From Novakomyces olei (Eukaryota), in assembly GCA_016906335.1 (NCBI GenBank), contig JADEYG010000003.1, forward strand, positions 434,001 through 498,000: 64,000 bases of DNA, read 5' to 3'. Positions 1 through 12,200 of this stretch are shown here, piece by piece. Within the stretch, counting starts at the first letter, position 1. The number at the start of each line of letters is the position of its first letter. A program made the translations under genes and the position numbers. The notes under the pieces are model-generated. The model saw only the letters and a list, made by a program, of their open reading frames with translations, made no database searches and was not told the origin of the DNA.

Positions 1-1
1 A

Positions 2-1084
2 CAGACACTCTTTTTCGAATACCCCTGGAACAATTTTCTTCACAATGTTGTATACGACGTGATCCAGCAAGTATTCGGAGGCCCGATGGCCAAAGGTTTC
101 AATAGAAGTTTAGCTATTGATGTATTTGTGGAGGGCCGAATATGTGAGCTTATTGTTGAGGGCCAAAAGAAAAACGATGAAGCAATGGCAGGCTCTCCCG
201 GCGTTCGTCTCGGCTACATGGGCCATTTAACCCTAATTGCGGACGAAATTGTCAAATTTACAGAGCGCTACCACCCAATAGAGCTCTTTTCCGCACAAGT
301 CCATGAGCGTGTAATGAACGCAGAGTGGATAAATTTTGTGGACGACGTCTTGCAGGCAACGAGGGCACGGGACAACCTTATCCTCGGAGGCGAAAGACCT
401 TCGACTCCGCTTATACGGACATCCAGCCCAGATTTGTCCCTGCAAGAGACTGACCCTTACTTGTCTGGCAAATCGTTCATGGAGATGTCATTGGACAGCA
501 ATTCGCACCTTATGAACTTTGATGATGACGATGATGAGGAGGAAGACGAAGATGAAGACGATGAAGACGAAGAAGATGAAGAAGAAATAGATCAAGGAGA
601 CCAAGGCACAGGACCCCGGCACGGTCGGAGACGAAGACATGGTGCGAGTGAGGATACAGACGAGATCTCTCAGCGAATGCTATCAGCGTCACTTGGAGGG
701 GACGATTCCGGGGACGAGGACCGGCTTGTTCGGCAGCCGAGCCATGCTTTTGACGATGCTGGACAAGACGGGGATCCGGATGTATTGAATAGACAAGGCG
801 ATGGTGTTGACTTGGGGGACAACTACTCTCTTTTATTGAACAGGCACGAAGCAGGGCCGCCTGCCTATGATACGTCTGACGAAGAAGAGGATGAAGAAGA
901 GCAGGAAGAGGCGAACCCGTACAGTGTACAGTTAAGTGACGATCATGGCGAGTTTGGCTTGCAGAGTCCACGGCCGGCGGAGGAGGCTCAGGATCACAGT
1001 GGGCAACTACCACAAGAACCAGAGAGCCAGACTGATCAGTATGGTCTGCGCGTCTCTGAGCATGAACTAGGAGAGGAACAGTGA
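2..1084 (+). CDS. SIT4/PP6 phosphatase-associated protein (SAPS family), 5'-truncated by window edge
   Basis: Frame open from base 2: FFEYPWNNFLHNVVYDVIQQ and RLGYMGHLTLIADEIVK are SAPS-domain motifs. Acidic C-terminal tail; stop at 1084. Confidence 0.9.
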   Translation, partial: QTLFFEYPWNNFLHNVVYDVIQQVFGGPMAKGFNRSLAIDVFVEGRICELIVEGQKKNDEAMAGSPGVRLGYMGHLTLIADEIVKFTERYHPIELFSAQVHERVMNAEWINFVDDVLQATRARDNLILGGERPSTPLIRTSSPDLSLQETDPYLSGKSFMEMSLDSNSHLMNFDDDDDEEEDEDEDDEDEEDEEEIDQGDQGTGPRHGRRRRHGASEDTDEISQRMLSASLGGDDSGDEDRLVRQPSHAFDDAGQDGDPDVLNRQGDGVDLGDNYSLLLNRHEAGPPAYDTSDEEEDEEEQEEANPYSVQLSDDHGEFGLQSPRPAEEAQDHSGQLPQEPESQTDQYGLRVSEHELGEEQ

Positions 1085-1876
1085 TCCTGGCAGTTTGGTC
1101 ACATTGCTTGTGGCAATGCTTTTGCTCGTCAAAACTTTTCTACTTTATCTCTTGTCTTTATCCTTTTATATTCATGTCATTTCATGCTTTATTCCATTTT
1201 CAATCAGGCATTATTTCTATTCAAGTTTGCCCGGCGTTTTATTGTCAGAACACGAAAATGGGAAGAGGCAAGACAATGTGTAAAGGTATTATTCCCTTCT
1301 CATTTATCCGTGTTTGCTTTTCAGTTCGATGGCCAGATTGAGATGGGCTGTTTTGATACATGGACGCTTGGCTTGAAGGCAAACGGTGGCCTAGAGTTGA
1401 ATGGAATTTCCCTCTTATATATATGAATCTACGTAGAGCGGGTATGTCAGAATGCCCTTTGGCATTGGTGTAAATTGTGTCATCAAATAATGTACATTAT
1501 TGTCAAACGTGTTTCTGCAAATATGCTCTTATGGATAGAAATTGGCTGTCTGCTCTGCAAGTTGCCTCGCGTCCAAGAGTAGTAGAATCATTTTACATCG
1601 ATGTCATCATCGGGCTGTATTTTCTATTTTCCTATACATACTCTGTATATTCTGTATATTCTGTATATTCTACATAATCAATATAATCAGTATATAACCG
1701 TATTTATTTTTCTATACATACTCTGTATATCTGTATTCCTATTTCTTTCATGTATACCCATATTATATACTTTAAACTTGCATTGCAATTCTCGCCAATC
1801 ACAAATCACAAATATAAACACTACAATAAACCGGCGAGATCCATCCAAAGACGGAGCAAAAGACTGAGCAAACGCA

Positions 1877-3447
1877 ATGCTTCACGCGGCTCGCCGTAGC
1901 AGTCTCGTAAAGAGCAGTCAGCTCAATTTACGTACATTTGCTACAGTAACAGATCCGCCTGCCCCGCCAAAGCGAACATCGTTTGGAAACTTGTCGGATC
2001 AAGATCGCATCTTTCAAAACTTGTACGGCAAATATGGACACGACTTGAAGAGCGCCAAGCGTATGGGCGACTGGTACAAGACCAAGGAGATTGTCCTCAA
2101 AGGCCACGAGTGGATTGTAAGTATTCGCTGTCTCTCTGCCACAGCAAATTCCGCCACTACAAGTTTCGTGGCTCGGTCTATCTGCTTCTTTTGCAAAAGC
2201 CTATTTGTAAAATCCTAAACTAACTCTTCCAGATTAGCGAGATGAAAGCTTCAGGCCTTCGAGGCCGGGGCGGTGCCGGGTTCCCCTCTGGACTGAAATG
2301 GTCGTTTATGAATAAGCCCGGGTGGGAAAAAGACCCGCGTCCACGGTACCTGGTGATTAATGCCGACGAAGGCGAACCTGGAACGTGCAAGGACCGGGAG
2401 ATCATGCGGAAAGAGCCTCATAAACTGTTGGAGGGCTGCCTTATCGCTGGCCGGGCAATGAACGCTACTGCTTGCTATATATATATACGCGGAGAGTTCT
2501 ACAATGAAGCCAGTACTCTGCAAACAGCCATAAACGAGGCATACAAGGAGGGCCTTTTGGGCAAGGATTGCTGTGGAAGCGGATACTCGTACGATATCTA
2601 CATCCATCGCGGAGCAGGAGCTTATATCTGCGGAGAGGAAACAAGCCTTATTGAGTCTCTTGAAGGCAAGCAGGGCAAGCCGAGACTGAAGCCTCCTTTC
2701 CCGGCTGACGTGGGTCTTTTTGGATGCCCTACTACCGTAACAAATGTGGAGACTATTGCCGTGGCCCCTACAATCCTGCGCAGAGGCCCGCAATGGTTTA
2801 ACGCGCTTGGACGGGAGCGTAATTCTGGCACTAAGCTGTTTGCCATCTCTGGACACGTCAATAAGCCGTGTACAGTGGAGGAGGAGATGTCCATCCCACT
2901 ACAAGAGCTGATTGAAAAGCACTGTGGTGGTGTTCGAGGCGGGTGGGATAATTTACTGGGAATTATTCCCGGAGGCAGTTCTACCCCAATCATCCCACGG
3001 CCCGTCTGCGAGCAAGTGCTGATGGATTATGACTCTCTCAAGGACAATCAAACTTCACTGGGCACAGCGGCAGTTATTGTCATGGATAAATCGACGGATA
3101 TTGTCCAGGCAATTGCTCGTTTATCTGCGTTTTACAGGCACGAATCTTGCGGACAGTGTACTCCGTGCCGTGAGGGAACTGCCTGGATGGATAAAATAAT
3201 GGACAGAATGATTGTGGGCAATGCAAAGGCAAGAGAGATTGATATGCTGTGGGAGTTGAGTAAAGAGATTGAGGGCCATACGATTTGTGGGTTAGGTGAT
3301 GCTGCTGCCTGGCCCGTACAGGGACTTATTCGTCATTTCAGACCTGTTTTGGAGGAGAGAATCAATGCCTACAAGCAGGCTCATCATGGCCACGAAGCCC
3401 TGGCCGGTGGTGATCGGCCAGAGTCGATTGTTGCTCCAGGAATGTGA
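1877..3447 (+). CDS. NDUFV1: Mitochondrial complex I 51 kDa flavoprotein subunit; join(1877..2116,2233..3447)
   Basis: [36 protein letters not shown] and [10 protein letters not shown] motifs. Intron GTAAGT...CTAAC...CAG keeps frame; presequence-like N-terminus. Confidence 0.97.
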
Positions 3448-3583
3448 TAGATACATGCTCTAGTGAATACAAAGTCGTTTGGTAATCAAGAGTTTGTAGA
3501 CGAATAAAGTAGGGTAATCAATTATTTCTTAATTCGTAATTTTTAATTATTAATTATTATTGATTATTTGTTCATATTACATA

Positions 3584-4700
3584 TTATTCGCTCAATTTTG
3601 TTGCCCTGTATATCGCCCATTTTAAATGCTCCATGCCATAATTCAACTTTCCGCTGACCGCAAATACTTCACCGATCGCACTTCCGTATTTTACACTGGC
3701 GAAAGCTTTGAGCAAACTTTTACATTCTTCAGCGGTCCGTTGCAATTGGTCTACTGACTGAATTTTATCGGCCTTTGACAAAATAATCTGATGAGGTACA
3801 GATTTCTCCGCGAGAAAAGATAGTATTTGCTCGTCCGTCTCTTTGACCCCGTGTTCCGCGCTGATCATGACCAAAGCCAGACGAAGCCTTTTGTTAGTGC
3901 CCTGTAATATAATTATAGCTGATCATTATTTCCAGTAATGACTATTGCAACAAATTCAAACTAAATTTTTATGAAAACTGAATTTAATCAAAAGTTCATG
4001 AGACTTACTGCCGCCGCTCTGTCAAGTACTTTTCTGTGATTTCTCCCATTCGCTCTGTAGATCTATGCCCATAACCCGGAGCGTCAACGACCCGTAAGGC
4101 AAGACGGCCTTTGTCACGGCTTAGCGCATAAGCAGAAAGAACACGAGTGTGTCCGGGATTCTGTGAAGTGCGCACAAGTAGCGTTTTCCGACTGTTGGAA
4201 AGGCAGTTCAGTAGCGTTGATTTCTAGTATTGTAAGAATATGTCATACTACCATTTCACGCACTCCACACTAAGATTAGAACAGGCCTCAGAAACTTGTT
4301 TGGACGCCTACATTACTTCTGCCGATAAAAATGACCTGTACGTGAGTAAATGATGGCAAATTGAAAGCTAATATCGAGGAAAATCTCTAAAAAACCAATC
4401 AAATTGAAATGAAAACACACAAAAAATCAGGTAAAAATAAAAACCAAACAAAACTAAAAGTCGTAATGCTGTGGTTCGCCAGCCAAGCTGAAATTGTTCA
4501 GATAATTCAAATAAAAAGTCATTCTATCTTCATACCTCTGGATCAACAGTATTTGGAATTGGCCCCCGACCATCCCACCTCCAATCACGAGTCCATGTGA
4601 CGTTGAAAAGCTTCCGGTACTCACCAATCTGATTCGGCGTTGGCGCAATGGCCGTGCGCCCAAATCTCCAGACCAGTTTGTTTAACTGCTCCTGAGACAT
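3584..4700 (-). CDS. EngB/YihA-family GTPase; complement(join(3584..3887,4009..4223,4264..4269,4312..4335,4536..4700)), ~237 aa
   Basis: Spliced product gives G1 GRSNCGKST, G2 PGHT, G3 DAPGYG and G4 SKAD. All introns are GT-AG with branch-like motifs, and phases are consistent. Confidence 0.85.
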
Positions 4701-5145
4701 CTAAATGTCGTGCAAACCATTATTTAATCATTGTTTTAATTATTATTCAATTATTATTTTATTTATCGGGCGTTTATTATTTAATTTATTTGGTGTTTAT
4801 TATTTTATTTATTCGTTTATTATTAAAACTAATATTGTAAAACACATCGAGTATAAAGATAAAATCATTTGGTGAGATAAAGATTAAAAATAATAATTGC
4901 GATTCTAATTGTAATTCGCGAGCGTAAAAGCAAGCACTAAAGGTTCCAGACCCAAATGTCTGCATTTTCTATCAGCTCTAGAGGGCCAAAAATACACGCA
5001 AAAGAAAAAAGGCTTAACATTAGCTTGGCGCTTACTTCATTCGTGCTAATGCGCCAAAGTCATGTTCACATGCAATCAATATCTTGTGATACGCATCGTT
5101 TTGCTCAAGCTTAACGTATGTACAATAGTCTATTCCATGGGCATT

Positions 5146-5765
5146 TCAAATCAGCGCGCTGGATATTAAAAGCCGTGTATCGTATTGCGCCTGCATTTCC
5201 AGCGACGAAATGCGATTCTGCAGCTAATTAGTCGTTTATACGAATAAATTTGCCTACTCTGACATAGTCCTTTTCGACTTTTCTCTGTATATTGGGCAAA
5301 AGTACCACTGTTGCCTCGGGTAAAATCGTGTCTGATGCAATAATACTATTTGGCGCAAGAGTACAATCGTCGCCAATAACAGAGTTTAGTCCCGTTTGCG
5401 CCATTGCCTCAATGTAAACATCATCTCCAAGCGATTGGGAGCGTAATTTGGCACCCGTCGCTATTTTGCAGTACTGTCCAATAATTATGCCATTAGCGCC
5501 GGGTTGGATAATTGACCTCTCGTAAACAATAGAGTGTTCCCCTATATTGATGCTTTTTGTTAGTTGGAGCCTAGAATAAAGACTTACGGGCCTAATGTCG
5601 CGTCAAGTACGGCGCCAGGATGCACGACAGAATGGCAGCCAATGTTAATCTCGTGGCTGCCTTTAAGTATAGCGTTCTAATGTTAGTGGATTAACAGTAA
5701 TGCATTACTATAGAGACTGTGCAAGGCTGATTGAGAATGATGTTGCTCGGGTAAGAAGGCGCCAT
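5146..5765 (-). CDS. DCTN6: Dynactin subunit 6 (p27), left-handed beta-helix; complement(join(5146..5217,5258..5552,5588..5676,5709..5765)), 170 aa
   Basis: Absent from the ORF track. Spliced: AILKGSHEINIGCHSVVHPGAVLDATLGPINIGEHSIVYE, matching p27 hexapeptide repeats. Introns of 32, 35 and 40 nt with CTAAC/CTAAT branch points. Confidence 0.85.
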
Positions 5766-6017
5766 TCAACGACACTGGTTGGGTTTGGCCCAGTAGAATT
5801 GGCATCTCATTATGTTATATATTATATTATATGATATGATATTATATTATATTATTATACTATGTTATTATATCGGCAATACTGCCCTTTGCCTCTCGTC
5901 GCGAAACAATGGATCAATCCCGACAGGGCGCTAATACTTACCTAATATATCATTTTATTATATTATATTATTATATTATATTATTAATTTAATGTATGTT
6001 CAAGTTTTAGATAAAAC

Positions 6018-6175
6018 TTCTGTCGGTGCAGCCTTCGCGGCTGCACTCTGAGCGAATTCTCATTTCGCTTTGAGTAACGGAGCGACAGTATAGCAGCCGT
6101 TTTGGTCAGCGTACTTTAGCAGACAGGTGGCCATGAATTCTAATATCGGCCAACCTCAGTTGTGCGCTTACAAAA
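6018..6175 (+). ncRNA. Probable box H/ACA snoRNA
   Basis: Hairpin 1 closed by CTGTCG/CGACAG (6020-6088); H box ATAGCA 6090-6095. Hairpin 2 has lower stem AGCGTAC/GTGCGCT and upper stem AGGTGGCC/GGCCAACCT. ACA at 6170-6172 lies 14 nt from the upper stem. Confidence 0.7.
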
Positions 6176-6570
6176 GATTGTAAAGGACTGGGATCGTGCC
6201 TCAAGTTCAGGCTGTGTGTTTGCCACTTCCATAGCCTATCGCCAGAATAATAAAGGCCTAGTCGCCTATTAACAAAAACTCTTGTCTACTTGTTCGTCAT
6301 TAATCAGTAGCTTTCCAGTGATATGGTGTGGAAAATAGCAAAAAGTCTCATTAGATCTTTAACCCAACAGATTGCAATGCCCTCGAATTCTCACCATATG
6401 GATTATTAGGAAGAAAGATAGGTATAAGAGGTAGTCAAATATGTTCATGTCTATAATTTTCAACCATTATTGCAGGCACTGCTTTAATTCGTTTACAGAT
6501 GACATGAATTGCATTGTATAATCGACAATTAACTAACCGTCATAAAGTCTATTGCCCAGTCATTTACACT

Positions 6571-8733
6571 CTAAAACAGATCTCTCACGATGATCTTTTT
6601 CGTCACTAATTATTGTTAGAAAAGAAGTATAAAAGAAGAAAAGCTCACTCTTGCCCATTGCATTTCGTGGTATTTGATCCACCAATTTCATCAAAGTTGG
6701 CACTCTGTACGCTGGCATGACTTTTTTCAGTTCTGCCCTAAGCCATTCAAGCGTCACCGTAGCCTGGGAGTTAGCCCAAATTAGAAATTAAATAAAAGGT
6801 ATTAAGAAAATTCAAAAACAAAATTTGAACACCAATCATGAAATCATGAAACATATATGAACTTGATTCACTCACTCCTGGTTCTGCAACAATAACGGCA
6901 GCCACACGTTGGCCCCATTCCTCATCAGCGACTCCGACAACGGCACACTCTTTAATACCAGGAAGCGATAAGATTTGCCTCTCGATTTCAAGAGCCTAAA
7001 TTTGTGAGTATACAATGCGAGTGACGATTTAAATTAAAAAAAATACACGGCTAAACACGTGAATAGCACGTTAATGAAGGATAAAACAAAGGCTGTAAGC
7101 ACTTTCTTGTATTTGCATACCGATATCTTGTAACCCCCGGATTTTATAATATCCACACTGGCCCGGCCTTGAATGAAGTATGCTCCATCATGCTCGCCAA
7201 ACTTTCTTATGGCAATATCGCCCGTTTTGAACCAGCCGTCTTGTGAAAACTCCTTTGCAGTAACCTCCTCGGGCCGGTTAAAGTAGAATTTAAATACGTT
7301 TTCGCCCTTGACTTGAATCTCTCCCTCAACTCCATCCTTATCAGTGACATCCTGTCCGTCTTGGACAAGCCGTACCTGTACCCCAGGCAAAGGCCAGCCC
7401 ACGGATCCATCAAATCTTTTGGATACATCTCGATAAGGACAGGACAGGGCCATACCTATTTCCGTCATTCCATACCTCTCCAGCAAAACGTGTCCACTAA
7501 TACGAAGCCAACGTGCCTTTATCGGGCTCGGTAAGGCGGCACTTCCGCTCATCATCAGTCTTACCTGCTGGCAAGCTGCCTTGAGCACTTGCGGGTCCTT
7601 TTTGCACGAATGAAGTGCGTATTCTGCCAATTTTGCATACACTGTGGGCACTGCAGTGAAAAGGGTAACGGGATTTAAAGCACGGTCGTCTGCGGTCGAC
7701 AACAGCCGGTTCCATACATCAGCAGCATCGAATTTTGGTAAGAATTCTACTGTTCCACCGACCAAGAGGATAGCCGTTAAGGCATTGACAATCCCGTGGA
7801 TGTGGTGCAATGGGAGTACGTGCAAAACCCGATCTTTCTCACAATACTCCCACGCTTCAATTATACTTTGGCTCTGAGCGAGAATAGTACTGTGTGAGGA
7901 AACGACGCCTTTAGGCCGTCCAGTAGTCCCGCTCGTGTATATAATGAGGGCCTGCCGCGATTTTGAGATCCCTTCACTGCTATCCTGTAGCTCTGGCATT
8001 TGAACGCTGTCACGAGAGAGCCGTGGTACAGTAATCACGCGAGATAATGGTAATTTGCTTTCACTAGCGACTTTTTCGGCTACTTGGCGAAAGCCTTCAC
8101 TGGTAACAAGCAGAGTAGCGATCGAGTCAGTGACGGTGTAGGCCATTTCTGGCACTGGATGGCTTGTGCCTGAATTGTTAGGAAATGAAAAGAAATAAAA
8201 TCGGAAAAGAAATAATAACGGGAAAGAATTAGACGATGAAAGGAGTACGCAACGCATTATCGTTGAATCCCACTCAAATGCATTTAAATAATTGCGTAAA
8301 GTATGTAACGTACAAAGGGGCACACTGATTCCGCCGGCGGCCCAAATAGCCCACTGAGCCACGACATAGCTGTATCCATTTTCCACAATAAAAGCGACTC
8401 TTTGCTCACGAATATCCTCCGCGTCGCCTAAAGCCGATTTTATGTCGGCCGCAAAAGCCGCCGAGTCGGAGAGAAGGCGCTTGTAAGAAAAGGATTCGCC
8501 GCTTTTGCTGTGCACAATAGCAGTGCTTTCCGGTACGCGTGCAGCTGCCTCAAACACGGGCAGCCTCGGAAGTTTCGGCTTCGTTACAGAATCTGTTAAT
8601 GAGAAACAAATACCCCTCAAATTGCCATACTTTGAGTCATAGTGCTCGCTGCAAATGGTCGAACCCACAATGCTCCAATGCGCGAGTAGGGCGTATTAAA
8701 AGCTGAATATTGCTGAGCGATACGTTTCAGCAT
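6571..8733 (-). CDS. Malonyl-CoA synthetase-like (ACSF3/MatB-type) acyl-CoA synthetase; complement(join(6571..6605,6649..6763,6876..6995,7121..8169,8314..8592,8631..8733)), ~566 aa
   Basis: YTSGTTGRPKG, LPLHHIHG, LERYGMTEIGM, GWFKTGD, IIKSGGYKISALEIE and PRNAMGK motifs; five in-phase GT-AG introns. Confidence 0.9.
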
Positions 8734-9230
8734 TGGTTCAAAAGGCCGTTCATTCCCTATGACGCACCACAACTTTGAATATAATTATAATTAGTTTAAT
8801 ATTCACAATACTAAACTGCTCATTTATCCAATACATCTGCCGTATAAAAAGATATTATATGAATAAAAGGATATATGAATAAAAAGATAAATGAATAAAC
8901 AGACGTTAATGATATTAAAATTATTGTGTGCACAGGTCGAAGTATTGTACATTTGCCTATTATTTGTTGTTCGGCATAGTCAAAATGCTATATAGTGAGT
9001 TTTTTATATATAATCTGCTTTACACGTTTCGTACAACGGAATACCCTAACGCGGTGGTCAACAAGCCATATATCAATCGGCCGCGAAAAAGACGTTTGCC
9101 TTGATTCTTTTGCGTCTGCATACATCTGAGCGGGTCAGTATCGTGAGAAAAAAGCCTCAGGCAGGCGGAGCTTCTGCTCTGATAGACACGAGTCCCTTTG
9201 TCTTGGGATTTTTTCGGAACGCGAAAAACC

Positions 9231-12200
9231 ATGTCTTGGGGAGGGAGCTCGGGGGCATTCAGTTTTGGAAACCAGAATCAGAATAACCAAAACACACAGG
9301 CTCCTGGAACCTCAAATACTGGGCTCTTTGGCTCTTCTAATACTGGTGGCGCACAAAGCGGTCTCTTTGGAGGTCAAAACAACCAACAGGGCACAGGAAA
9401 TGGTACAGATCAAGAATTGGTTTTGTTTTTTGTCCTTTTTTTTCTCTTAATTTTCCTTTTTTACTTTTTGTCTTTCGCGTTTTTGTCTGTTCTAGTTCTT
9501 TGGCCGTTTAGGTTATCATCTTCCATGTTGGATGGAATGGCCAATAATGAATTTGGCGTGTACTTGTTTGCCAATGGCTTTTCGATCGCCTCGTTTTGTA
9601 GTTGTAGGAACGTGCTAATCAGGTACTAGCATTCGGCTCTTCAGGTAATGCGTTCGGTACGCCGGCAAACAATTCTGGCGTAGGCCTTTTCGGGCAGCAA
9701 AACAACTCGTCTGGTAATTATCTCCCTTGTCAGCCGTGTGTTTAATTATAATGCTCAACCTTACATGTCTAATTGGAGACTTTGAATATGGAAGTGATTT
9801 TTTAAAAAACAAGTCTATTGTCAAAACTCAATTCCCAATCCTTGATTTGTCTCATTGAGTGTATGACCAGATGGTTCTGGAGCTGTACACCGAGCTGATG
9901 CCCTAGTCTTGTCTATTTCTACATGACAAGTCTATATTGTGTTCATTTGATCTAAAGCTAATAACACAGGCTTCAATGCAAACAACAACTCTGGTTTTGG
10001 TGGCGCTTTTGGTCAAGCGCGACCCGCTTTTGGCGCCGGTTCGACCGGGACTGCCGGCGCTGGTGGCGGAGGACTGTTCGGTTCTTCACAACCCCAGAAC
10101 ACTTCGCCCTTTGGTGGAGGTGGAGCCTTTGGCAGCAACAACACGGCGAGCACTACTCCTGCCTTTGGCCAGTCGGCGCAGGCAAACACTGGAGGGGGCT
10201 TGTTTGGGCAGGCTAAGCCTGCAACTGGTTTTGGTAGCCCTTCGAACACTTCTGGCGGAGGTCTTTTTGGGCAGCAAGCAGGGGCTAGTAACTCTGCCTT
10301 TGGTGGATCAGCATTTGGTGCAGGTAATACTACTTCTCCATCTGCGTTTGGCGGCAATAATGCAGCACAGATAGGGAACGGAACTGCTAATCCTCCGTGG
10401 CAAGTTACCACGGAAAGAGATGCTCAGAAAGGTGGAAGCAATCATTTCCAATCAATAACTTGTATGCCGGCGTACCAGAACTTTAGCTTTGAAGAGCTAC
10501 GGATGCAGGATTACAATCAAGGCCGACGCTTCGGAAACACGTCTGGTGCAGGTGCGTTTGGCCAGTCTAGCGGGTTTGGTGGGTTCGGACAGCCTGCAAA
10601 TACTGCCAATAACACAAGCCAGCCGGCAACTAGTGGAGGCCTGTTTGGAACTCAAACTCCCGGCAATAATACCTCGACTTTTGGATCGGGTTTTGGTGCC
10701 AATACGAATACTGCAGGAACAGGTTCACTGTTTGGGCAGCCACAAGGCCAAACTGCGCCTGGAACTACCGGCGCGGGTACAGGCCTCTTTGGCTCACAAA
10801 ACAATTCGCCCTTTGGCAGTAATACGGGAGCCAATGCTGCTGGCAATAGCTCTTCACTGTTTGGAGCAGCCCGGCCAGGCAATGCCTTTGGGCAGCCTCA
10901 GCAGGGCAATACAGCCTCTTCTACAGCTGCCAATTCAGGCACTGGAGGAGGCAGCCTCTTTGGCTCTCCTCAGACTTCAGTGTTTGGTCAGCAGCAGCAG
11001 AATAAGCCGCTGTTTGGCCAGGGCAGTAATGCTTTTGGCAGTGGCGGTCAAACTGGCGGAGGACTGTTTGGATCAGGCAGTGGCACTTCTGCCTTTGGCT
11101 CAGCCAACCAGCCGGCTCAGCAAACCACGCTTGGCGCAGGAGGAGGACTGTTTAACTCGGGTCAGTCGGGGTTTGGTACTCCACAGAACAATGCTGCAAA
11201 TAACCCTAATCAGCAGCAACAGCAGCCGTTAGGGTTTGGCGGGTTCGGAGGGCAGCAAACTGGCCAGCAAGGCCAGAGCCCTTCTTCCTTTGGGTTTGGC
11301 TCACAGGCTAATCAGGCTCAGCAGAAGCCGCTTTTCAGTTTTGGTGGGGCTAATCAGCAGCCACAGCAACAGCAACAGCAACAGCAACCGTCGGGAACGG
11401 GTGGGCTTTTCGGCCAGACGGCCAACGCCAATAATGCGAGTCAGCAGAAACCTGCTTTTAGCTTTGGAGGCTCAGCCACAACGACTCCACAGGGGTCCAC
11501 GGGTGGAGGGTTGTTTGGAAACACGGGCGGGACTGGAGGAGGGCTTTTTGGCCAGGCACAGCCCAGTCAGACTGGAGGTATGAGCATGATGATTTTGGAT
11601 TATGGTTATATTCATTATGTTTATAAAGATTTATATTTGTCTAGATTATATTTGTCTAGATTTATATTTGTCTATATTTATATTTATCAAGATTTCTGTT
11701 TGTCTAGATTTATATTTATCAAGATTTATATTTATCAAGATTTATATTTGTCTAGATTATATTTGTCTAGATTTTATTTTAATTTTGAATCAATTTCTCA
11801 TTTGATACTAACAAGCAGGCACTGGACTGTTCGGGTCTCCTCAAACCAGCCAAGCGGGATCTACTTTCGGGTCAGGTTTTGGTGGGACTGGTGGTCTTTT
11901 TGGGAACAAACCGGCTCAGCCTTTAGGCTTTGGCAATTCTCAACAGCAGCAGCAGCCTCAATTGCAGCAGCAACAGCAGCAGCCGCCTCAATCGACCGGA
12001 ACAGGTCTGTTTGGTAATACAGGAAGCGGCGGCACTTCTTCGCTATTTTCTAGTGGACTCGCTCAGCCTCAGCAGCAGGCGCCCTTGAACAATCAATCTT
12101 CTTCGCTGTTTGGCTCTCAACAGGCTCGGCCATTTGGCACTCAGCAGCCGCAGCAGATGCTTCAGCAGCCGCAGCAGCAATTTCAGCAGCAGCAGCAGCC

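Noticed and set aside
4224-4305. Single intron with a non-consensus GTCCAA donor giving GRSNVGKS
   Set aside because: Two short introns with ordinary donors and branch points around a microexon explain the region better.
5934-5943. ATACTTACCT, identical to the U1 snRNA 5' end
   Set aside because: It is followed by low-complexity AT sequence, with no U1 stem-loops or Sm site.
6020-6115. TPP riboswitch-like GGTG-stem-CTGAG
   Set aside because: The P4/P5 pyrophosphate-binding motif is missing; H/ACA geometry fits better.
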